Source: Candidatus Staskawiczbacteria bacterium (GTDB lineage Bacteria; Patescibacteriota; Minisyncoccia; Minisyncoccales; Staskawiczbacteraceae). Taken from it: a stretch of DNA of 64,000 nt. Location: NCBI GenBank assembly GCA_026395175.1, contig JAPLZF010000015.1:21066-85065 (forward strand). The letters are read 5' to 3'. Every line of letters begins with the position of its first letter. Position 1 is the stretch's first letter. The notes below the pieces were generated by a model, which saw only the letters and a program-made list of their open reading frames with translations, ran no database searches and was not told the DNA's origin. The position numbers and the translations under genes were made by a program. Of the stretch, positions 1-7,448 are shown piece after piece.

Positions 1-536
1 TAATTGAATGGCCCGTCAAATTCATTTCTATAATCAGGTGCGCCCCTCTCAATAAACGCAGGATGAGTTATCAAATAAACAAACGTACCGTCTTCCTTAA
101 GCACCCTATGAATTTCTTTAAAAGCTTGCTGCATCTCTCCTTTAGTTGGAGACATCATAAATACCAAATTTGCCATAGCCTTGTCTATCGACCCGTCTGG
201 TAAAAAAGACAACGTATTGTCTGGATTCGCCTGATATTCTACGCGTGAATCCGGGTCGGCCGCTCTAGCTAGATCAATCATCGATGGCGCTTTATCCACG
301 CCAATCACTTTTGCAGCACCCATTTGCTCTATCTTTCTCGCAAACCGACCGTTGCCGCAGCCATAATCTAAAATGGTCCTTCCCTCGACTTCTCCCATGC
401 CTCTTACTATTGCGGGAAAATTAATTGCTTCATTTGTTATATCTGCCGCCTCAAAATAGCTTTCGACGGTCTCGTTCCATTTTGCGCCCCTTCCTTCATC
501 GCCACTCTGTTCCGCTGGTTGTTCAAATTTTTTCAT
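1..536 (-). CDS. Class I SAM-dependent methyltransferase (3' end runs off the window)
   Basis: Translated by hand from ATG at 536: MKKFEQ...RTILDYGCGNGRFA...VIGVD...FKEIHRVLKEDG. Contains motif I (LDYGCGxG). Not in the ORF track because it has no stop within the window. Confidence 0.85.
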   Translation of the reverse strand, partial: MKKFEQPAEQSGDEGRGAKWNETVESYFEAADITNEAINFPAIVRGMGEVEGRTILDYGCGNGRFARKIEQMGAAKVIGVDKAPSMIDLARAADPDSRVEYQANPDNTLSFLPDGSIDKAMANLVFMMSPTKGEMQQAFKEIHRVLKEDGTFVYLITHPAFIERGAPDYRNEFDGPFN

Positions 537-553
537 TTTACTTTTTTAAATAT

Positions 554-1093
554 TTAGTCTTGAGAACCAAAAACCATTTGCACCGAAGAGTTAGTCTGCT
601 CCAAAGTATCTACATTAAATAATTGAGTTCCTTCCGTTTTAGTATATAACTCCTGTATAATCGGCGTCAATAATTGGACTTTTTGCGCTAACTTGCCTCC
701 TTCAATTTCTATCAGAAGTTCTCTTGTCGAAGATATATAAGGAGATCCTAACTGCTGGGATATGGCGCCTATAATATTATTTAATTTACTGTAAAGAACA
801 CCTAGCCGCCTGGCTATTTCTTCCTTATCTTCAATTAGGTTTTGATCAAATATTGCAGAATAAATAATTTTGTTTACCTGCGTATAATAATTGACGGATA
901 GTCGGTCTCCTTCATCATTCTCCCAAATAAACTCTTCAGAGTCCTTTTTTGCTTGAGGCATCCTTTTATACCCGTCGGGCGCCATTAAGACATCTAATCC
1001 CGAGGCAACATCAACAGGAAAATGTTCTGTTTTAACATCTTTTCCAAAGCCTATTCTAAATCGATTTTTTAGATTTTCTTTTATATTTGGCAT
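554..1093 (-). CDS. Hypothetical protein
   Basis: 179-aa ORF co-oriented with neighbours; no recognisable motif. Confidence 0.65.
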   Translation of the reverse strand: MPNIKENLKNRFRIGFGKDVKTEHFPVDVASGLDVLMAPDGYKRMPQAKKDSEEFIWENDEGDRLSVNYYTQVNKIIYSAIFDQNLIEDKEEIARRLGVLYSKLNNIIGAISQQLGSPYISSTRELLIEIEGGKLAQKVQLLTPIIQELYTKTEGTQLFNVDTLEQTNSSVQMVFGSQD

Positions 1094-1187
1094 ATATTTA
1101 TACTATAATAGAGTTTTGATTAGTATGCAATATGAGGTGGCGGCCTGCCTCTTGCAAACAAGAATCCCCTATGTTAATTTTAGTGTG

Positions 1188-1264
1188 GGGTAGGTAGCTC
1201 AAATTCTAGATACAGAGCGTCGGGCATTTCCCGGAGATTGTGGGTTCCAATCCCACCCTACCCC
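1188..1264 (+). ncRNA. tRNA-like RNA / pseudo-tRNA (initiator-Met-like anticodon arm with a degenerate loop)
   Basis: Cloverleaf: acceptor GGGTAGG/CCTACCC, D-stem GCTC/GAGC, anticodon stem TCGGG/CCCGG with 5-nt loop CATTT, T-arm GTGGG-TTCCAAT-CCCAC. Confidence 0.7.
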
Positions 1265-1285
1265 ATCCTTTTTTAACAGATAACC

Positions 1286-1316
1286 AAAAGCGGTCTTTTT
1301 TGCAAGGCCGCTTTTT
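1286..1316. terminator. Bidirectional intrinsic terminator
   Basis: AAAAGCGGTCTT...AAGGCCGCTTTT hairpin between the convergent tRNA-like RNA and the aminotransferase gene. Confidence 0.7.
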
Positions 1317-1348
1317 ATTAGTTAAATTTTAGTTTGCAAAACATTAAA

Positions 1349-2530
1349 CTATAAACATTTTTCCAATATATCCAATCCTTTTGCCACGGTTTTTCGATCA
1401 ATGTTCAATGCGGGAAATAAAACAAATATTTTATTATTAAGTTGGGAGAACAAAACGCCATTTTTTTGAGCTTTGGCTACAATCTTGTTTGCATACCCCA
1501 ACTGATCAAACTCAACTCCTATTGCCAATCCTTTTGCACGAATTTTAGCAGGAAACTTAAATTTCATTTGCGAAAGACGCTCAACAAAAAATTTACTCAT
1601 TTCGTTTGTATTTTTCTCTAGTTGCTTTTTGTGCTTCATAATATACTTAATATTTACTATCGCAGCTTCGGTGCTCAATGGATACCAACCGTAAGTCGAA
1701 TAAAAACTAAAATCAAACTCCATTGATTTTGCAACTTCTTCTGTTGTAATTGTTGCACCCAACCCGCCATATCCGCCAGTAATACTTTTTGCAAGACACA
1801 TAATATCTGGCTCTATCCCAAAATGTTCAGAGGCAAAAAGTTTTCCGGTCCGACCGAAACCAGTAGCGACTTCATCCATAATTAGTAGCGTGCCGTATTT
1901 CCTACATAAAAATTGGATGCGACTCATAAATTCTTTTGTGGGAATTTCCACGCCTAAACTACAAATTATGGGCTCCATGATGAGTGCGGCGATATCGCTT
2001 TGCTTCAATAACTCTTCGATTTGATCTGCCGCTTTCCCATCAAGCGGTGCTTTAATCTTGTGGCAGTCAGGCAAGAGATTCTTGTACCATCCACGAAAAT
2101 CAGAAGATCCGACACTCATCGCGCCAATTGAGTGCCCGTGATAGCTTCCCTCAATTGAAATAAACTTATACCTTTTCGTGTGCGACATTGCCGCTTGGAG
2201 TGCAATTTCTACCGCCTCAGTTCCGCCGGTAGCACGGAAACTTTTTTGCAATTTTCCCGGTGTAATTTTTGCTAAAAGTTCCGCTAATTCCACCCATGAT
2301 TTATATAGATATTCAGGCCTTACATAGTCAGGACCCTTATATTGACTAATTTTCTTTTTAATTTCTTTATTCCCCCATCCAATATTTCCAACACACCAAC
2401 CCATTAAAAAATCTACGTATTTCTTGCCCTTGGAATCAAATAAAAAATACCCTTCGGATTTTACGATTTCTAAATCCTCCGGCGGCAAATCTCGGGCAAG
2501 GAATTTTAAGTCTGTCTTTTTAGTCTTCAT
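1349..2530 (-). CDS. Class III PLP aminotransferase (ArgD/GabT-like)
   Basis: GGTEAVE, SYHG, LIMDEVATGFGRTG and PDIMCLAKSITGG motifs. Confidence 0.92.
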   Translation of the reverse strand: MKTKKTDLKFLARDLPPEDLEIVKSEGYFLFDSKGKKYVDFLMGWCVGNIGWGNKEIKKKISQYKGPDYVRPEYLYKSWVELAELLAKITPGKLQKSFRATGGTEAVEIALQAAMSHTKRYKFISIEGSYHGHSIGAMSVGSSDFRGWYKNLLPDCHKIKAPLDGKAADQIEELLKQSDIAALIMEPIICSLGVEIPTKEFMSRIQFLCRKYGTLLIMDEVATGFGRTGKLFASEHFGIEPDIMCLAKSITGGYGGLGATITTEEVAKSMEFDFSFYSTYGWYPLSTEAAIVNIKYIMKHKKQLEKNTNEMSKFFVERLSQMKFKFPAKIRAKGLAIGVEFDQLGYANKIVAKAQKNGVLFSQLNNKIFVLFPALNIDRKTVAKGLDILEKCL

Positions 2531-2695
2531 GATCTATTTTTTAATTTATTTTGCACCTTTTTAAACAAAAAAACAAGTTTATGCGGCCCGCACCCTCCAC
2601 CCTCCACATTTCTCTTGTAGACCAGCAAATACCCGTCTTTCCCTCAAACCCTTCACAAAACCCTTAAAAATTGCTCGAAGGCCGCTTGGGGCAGC

Positions 2696-3613
2696 CTACT
2701 TTCCCATTACTCTGCGGTAGATTTTTTGCAATGCCGGAGCGAATAGCTCCGTGTAAATCTTGCTACTGTCCACGCTGTTGTGGCCCATGAATTGTGCGAT
2801 CATTAAATCGTCGACTTCATTTTCCGCCAGCACTCTGCCAAACTTGTGCCTCAACGAGTGCGCGTTGAACGTGCTTTTCAACCCGGCTTGCTTGCTGTAT
2901 TTTCTCAACACCTCGCCTATTGCATCTATACTGCAACGCCTTGCTTCTGTCCCCTCTCCACAGACGCCGCCACGAACCGAGATAAACAATGCCTCTTTAT
3001 CTTCAATAGTTAGGTGCTCCAAAATTTTCTCTCGCTTTTTTAGCCACGTATTTAAATAGACTATTGTTGCTTCTCTAAAAAATATATTTCTAAATGGACT
3101 GGTCTTTGTGTGTTTTTCTGTTTTTATTGTTATGCGTTTGGTTTGGATATCAACATCTTGCACGTTCAGCGATAAAATCTCATTCAATCTCGCGCCGCTA
3201 TCATACAGCAAGCCAAGGATTGCCCGGTTCCTAATATGGTTGTGTCCGAATTTTGGAATGACATTTATAACTTTATAATAATCGCTTTCAGTTGCCACGC
3301 GTGGCATTACCCTTTCCGATTTTATCTTTGGCACAAGGGCCGGGTTTTCAACCTTCAGTCCCTTTAGCTGCCAGAAGTTCAGAAGATGCTTTATGGCCAA
3401 CGCCTGCTTTTCGCGAGTGCTGGCACTGTGGTTGAACACATAGCTTAAGTTCAGATATTCGCTAATATCTCTTTCTGTTACCTTCTCAATGTCTTTATTC
3501 TTCAAAAAGATTGCAAAATTGACCAACTGCCAGTGGTAATGGTACACCGTATTACCTTTTACTTGCGGTGATTTCCACCTTGTGAAGTCATTTATTGCAT
3601 CTTTTAGTTTCAT
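2696..3613 (-). CDS. Tyrosine recombinase/integrase
   Basis: Catalytic residues intact: GARLNE (R), HSLRH (HxxR), MGH (H), IYT (Y). Confidence 0.93.
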   Translation of the reverse strand: MKLKDAINDFTRWKSPQVKGNTVYHYHWQLVNFAIFLKNKDIEKVTERDISEYLNLSYVFNHSASTREKQALAIKHLLNFWQLKGLKVENPALVPKIKSERVMPRVATESDYYKVINVIPKFGHNHIRNRAILGLLYDSGARLNEILSLNVQDVDIQTKRITIKTEKHTKTSPFRNIFFREATIVYLNTWLKKREKILEHLTIEDKEALFISVRGGVCGEGTEARRCSIDAIGEVLRKYSKQAGLKSTFNAHSLRHKFGRVLAENEVDDLMIAQFMGHNSVDSSKIYTELFAPALQKIYRRVMGK

Positions 3614-3900
3614 AAAATAAAAACCGCCAGCTTTGACAGCGGCGGCGAAATTAATTTACTAATTTGAATCTTTTCCCAATCTTCTAAAAAGAAGCAGAAC
3701 TCCTCTAAGCAGCCACGTTGGCTGCTAATTCCATGCCAGATTTTTATATCTAATAACATAAACCACAAACGCCACTGGTTACAACGAGTGGCGCCATGGC
3801 GATTCCAGCCGGTTGCCCGACCGGGCGTATGCCGTTAGCTAACGGCAAGAGGAATTTACCCCTCTCACCGCCTATTATACCACTTTTGTAACCGTGTCAA
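3614..3900 (-). promoter_or_regulatory. Integrase promoter and ~250-nt structured leader
   Basis: TTGACA (3900-3895), 15-nt spacer, TGgTATAAT (-10 at 3879-3874), followed by six or more hairpins/palindromes before the ATG. Confidence 0.55.
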
Positions 3901-4073
3901 CGAAGTTTTGCGCTTCATGGCACGCCCTTGCGGGAAATGGTGAATTATTGATTAATTTTCTCCTATGCCTCATATTGCCAGACCCTGTTGAGGAAGTCAA
4001 GCCCAGTCGCTCCCTGCAATAAAAAACCCGTTGAAGTTATCTCGGGGTTACGCGAGCGATGTAAATCGCTTTG

Positions 4074-4973
4074 TTATTTCTTGCGACGAAAGAACAGCCC
4101 GCCAGCTGTCACGGCGCCAATCATCATGGCCATCGTTGACGGTTCAGGGACGGTGTAAATAAAACCGTGTCCATTTTGAAACCCTGCATCACCATATTGA
4201 CCAACGATATTGTCGCCAGATATGCCATATGCGGCTGTCCACATTGCTCCTGGCGCGTTAAGGGTGGTCCAATCAGTTCCATCATAAAGGCAACCGTGGT
4301 AGCCAGAAAGATCCATGTAGAAACCAACCACGTTCTTACCATCAACGCCGAATAGGAGTGTGCCACCGGAATGTCCCGGCATATCAAGATTTTCCCAAGT
4401 TGTCCCGTCGTAGAGGAAACCGTGATCGCCATTGGGGCCACCCGATTCCCATCCGACCATGTTGTTGCCGGAAATTCCTCGTAGGTATGTGTTAGTCGCC
4501 CCAGGATAATCAAGAGTGGCCCAGCTCGTTCCATCGTAGAAAAAACCGTGACTGTAGTTTCCAGAAACATCGGTATAAGTTCCGACGATGTTGTTACCGG
4601 AAACTCCATTCGGCGATAAGTTATACGCACCGGGCATATTAAGGGTAGTCCAGGTTGTCCCGTTGTAGAGAAAACCGTGCCAGTTACCGGTAGAACTGTC
4701 GTGGTACTGACCAACGATATTGTTGCCGTTTATACCCAGTCCGTCATCACTGATACCATTTGCACCGGGCATATTAAAGGTAGCCCAGGTTGTCCCGTTG
4801 TAGAGAAAACCAAGACCGGCAGGAGAAGACCAACCAACAACATTGCTACCAGAAATGCCCCTCGGGAAAGTGTAACTCTCTCCAGGCATATCGATGGTAG
4901 TCCAAGTTTCCGCCATCGCACTGCTCACGCAAACAGACATCGCCACCAAACAAACCGCAATCAACCGTTTCAT
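4074..4973 (-). CDS. PEP-CTERM sorting-domain protein with ~43-aa beta repeats
   Basis: Signal peptide MKRLIAVCLVAMSVCVSSAMA after SD AAGGAG; repeats TWTTLxxPGA...GISGNNIVG...HGFLYDG; C-terminus VPEPSTMAMMIGAVTAGGLFFRRKK. Confidence 0.9.
   Translation of the reverse strand: MKRLIAVCLVAMSVCVSSAMAETWTTIDMPGESYTFPRGISGSNVVGWSSPAGLGFLYNGTTWATFNMPGANGISDDGLGINGNNIVGQYHDSSTGNWHGFLYNGTTWTTLNMPGAYNLSPNGVSGNNIVGTYTDVSGNYSHGFFYDGTSWATLDYPGATNTYLRGISGNNMVGWESGGPNGDHGFLYDGTTWENLDMPGHSGGTLLFGVDGKNVVGFYMDLSGYHGCLYDGTDWTTLNAPGAMWTAAYGISGDNIVGQYGDAGFQNGHGFIYTVPEPSTMAMMIGAVTAGGLFFRRKK
4627..4811. repeat. Near-identical 50-bp intragenic direct repeat (4627-4676 and 4762-4811)
   Basis: GCACCGGGCATATTAA.GGTAG.CCAGGTTGTCCCGTTGTAGAGAAAACC occurs twice with 2 mismatches. 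Confidence 0.85.
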
Positions 4974-5097
4974 CGCTATTCTCCTTTCAAAGTTCACTTT
5001 CCACGATTCCCTCGTGAATTGGGTTACCGAAATTGGTAATACTTATCATTACCATAATTGCCTAATTATGTCAACGCAAGCGAAACCGCCTCAAAAA

Positions 5098-6072
5098 TCA
5101 AGCCACCGTAGCCACTTCTTTAAGATTATTATACAACTTTAATCTGGCAGATAAATCGTTCTCTTGCTTGCCTAAATTTTTACAATAATCCTCAGCCAGT
5201 TTTAAAAATCTGTTCAAACCGTATCTTTTTATTATTATAATTTCGAACAAGGTTAGGGTGTAAGAAACAACGAAAGAAAGATTATGACTAAACCCTTTTA
5301 TTTTATCATCTGGAGCATCGGTGATAAAAATTTCAACATCTTTGTAATTAGATTTTATTCTTAGCCTATATAAAAAATCCAAAATTGTTGTATACCCGGG
5401 ATCGTAATCCTTTTTTAATTTTTTCGCCATACCTAATTCTTTTTGCTTTTTATTTGTTTTTTGCGGCTTAAAATCTTCTATCATATTAATATGTTCAGCC
5501 TTTAAACAAGTAGAAATCATATCAACGGATCTAACTCCGCCACGACTTAAACTATTCACGAGTTTAACGTCGATAGGAAAATTGATAGGAGAAAATTCGT
5601 GCCTCAGCGTACCCTTATAGGCAAAAGACCATGGTTCAATCACGCCAATTTTCTCTACCAAAAAAGTGTTTAATTTCTTTATGCAACCGCTATGAGATTC
5701 TTGTGTTGATTTATCAATTAAAAATCCTAATGCTTCTCCGACTGAATACACAGCATAATAAGATTGTATGGGCTTCCAATGATTATTTATTTTTAATAGC
5801 TCTATATTTTCGTTATCGTTCATACTTGATAAAAATTCTGTATTCCACCCAATATATAAAAATCTTTTTATTATGTTTTCATCAATACTGCCTGATAATT
5901 TATTAATAACTAATTTTTCCCATAAAAAATTTACAAACTGATCCTTGCCGCCATATTTTCCTTCAATGAATCTCCTAAAACACTTAAAATAATTTTGGTA
6001 AACATCAAACTTAATTTCTGGTTCAGTCGACGGCACACCAAATTCTTTATAGTTATAAGTTATCGTATTCAT
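5098..6072 (-). CDS. Hypothetical protein, HEPN-like
   Basis: SYYAVYS...SHSGCI...LYRLRIKSNY resembles the HEPN YY..., H.G and R-x4-Y/H pattern. Confidence 0.5.
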   Translation of the reverse strand: MNTITYNYKEFGVPSTEPEIKFDVYQNYFKCFRRFIEGKYGGKDQFVNFLWEKLVINKLSGSIDENIIKRFLYIGWNTEFLSSMNDNENIELLKINNHWKPIQSYYAVYSVGEALGFLIDKSTQESHSGCIKKLNTFLVEKIGVIEPWSFAYKGTLRHEFSPINFPIDVKLVNSLSRGGVRSVDMISTCLKAEHINMIEDFKPQKTNKKQKELGMAKKLKKDYDPGYTTILDFLYRLRIKSNYKDVEIFITDAPDDKIKGFSHNLSFVVSYTLTLFEIIIIKRYGLNRFLKLAEDYCKNLGKQENDLSARLKLYNNLKEVATVA

Positions 6073-6086
6073 TATTCTGTTTTATA

Positions 6087-6917
6087 TCACCAGCAGATAT
6101 TAACGTTTGTTTTAATTTGTTTTTGCAGATACGCTTCGGCGTCATATATGCCGCCAACCTGGTCGATCAGTCCATTGTCTTTTGCCATTTGGCCGGGCAT
6201 TGCGGCTCCATTGGCCAATGCAGTAACTTTGGCTGTATCCAAGTGTCTATTTTCAGAAACGTATTTGATAAAATCGTCGTAGCTGATTTTTAAATTTCTC
6301 ATAAACATCTGCTGAGCTTCTGGAGTCAGGGGTGCGTCCGGGTTGCCGGCATCCTTAAACTGCCCTTCGTTTAATTGGTAAAAAGTTAACCCGTCGTTTG
6401 TGTTTTTATCATAATTCCCGACATAAGACATTGTAACTCCTATGTCGCCAACGTCCGACTCGGCCGCGGCGATAATGTGCTTAGCGCCCGTTGAAGCCAA
6501 ATAAGCCGCTGAATCCCCTTCCTGCCTGATCAAAGCCACTGTGGGCTTGCTTGAATGCTTCAGGGCCTCCATTATCTCCCATCCGGCAACCGGCTGACCC
6601 CCGTTTGAATCCACCTCTAATAGTATCGCCTTTATTGAATTATCCTTATTAGCCTTTTCAATCGCTGCAGTTATTTCTTCCGATGATGAAATGTCCTTGC
6701 TTGATTGCCCAGTACTGTCGCTTGCATAATTTCGGTAAGTGTATAAATTTCCCTGGAGCTTGATCCCTTTAACGTTGCAGCTGCCAATGGCCGGTAAAAT
6801 GTGCAATTGGCTATATAAAAAATATAATTGAATTAAAAAAACTGTGGCCAGCAAGCCGAGCCCAATAAAATAAACCTTCTTGTCTGTTAATATCTTTATT
6901 ATTTTTTCTTTATTCAT
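6087..6917 (-). CDS. sppA: Signal peptide peptidase SppA (S49), membrane anchored
   Basis: IKAILLEVDSNGG, SAAYLAS, VGDIGV, GQFKDAG and GLIDQVGG motifs; N-terminal TM segment. Confidence 0.88.
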   Translation of the reverse strand: MNKEKIIKILTDKKVYFIGLGLLATVFLIQLYFLYSQLHILPAIGSCNVKGIKLQGNLYTYRNYASDSTGQSSKDISSSEEITAAIEKANKDNSIKAILLEVDSNGGQPVAGWEIMEALKHSSKPTVALIRQEGDSAAYLASTGAKHIIAAAESDVGDIGVTMSYVGNYDKNTNDGLTFYQLNEGQFKDAGNPDAPLTPEAQQMFMRNLKISYDDFIKYVSENRHLDTAKVTALANGAAMPGQMAKDNGLIDQVGGIYDAEAYLQKQIKTNVNICW

Positions 6918-6959
6918 TTATTAAATTATTTCTTAATTAATTTTTTAATAAAAAATCAG

Positions 6960-7430
6960 TCATACTTCAGGAATAATATCTTTTGGCAAGACAGATTTTT
7001 GTAATTCCTTAAGCCTATCTAACGGAATCATTTTAGCACCAGTCCGGTCGATTTTTAAATTATTTAATGCCTCCCAAACGCGTTGAATGTCTCCATTATA
7101 AATAGATTTGTATTCGCCACTTTCTCGGTCAATTTGAAATACCATTAATAAGCCATCTGCAAAACCATCTTCTGGCGGTTCCTTTAGGTACGTGCCATCT
7201 CCACTGGTTGCTTTTATCTGCACATTTCTGCCGTTATAAGTGCCGTCCCAATCATGACGACCCACATCATGTAATTCGATCTGATAAAAAACTCCTGCTA
7301 TCACTTCTCCAATGTCGCCAACCATTCGACCATCCGGAGTAAATTTACGCATTCCGCCAGAAAGCTTAGACAGGTCTCTACAAGAATGAAATACATTTTT
7401 TACTGCAGATGTAAATTCTGCCTTTTCCAT
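6960..7430 (-). CDS. DUF6998-like putative PD-(D/E)XK nuclease
   Basis: RKFTPDGRMVGDIGEV...DGTYNGRNVQIKAT; lies directly downstream of res. Confidence 0.6.
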   Translation of the reverse strand: MEKAEFTSAVKNVFHSCRDLSKLSGGMRKFTPDGRMVGDIGEVIAGVFYQIELHDVGRHDWDGTYNGRNVQIKATSGDGTYLKEPPEDGFADGLLMVFQIDRESGEYKSIYNGDIQRVWEALNNLKIDRTGAKMIPLDRLKELQKSVLPKDIIPEV

Positions 7431-7448
7431 AATATTATTTTTTATTCA

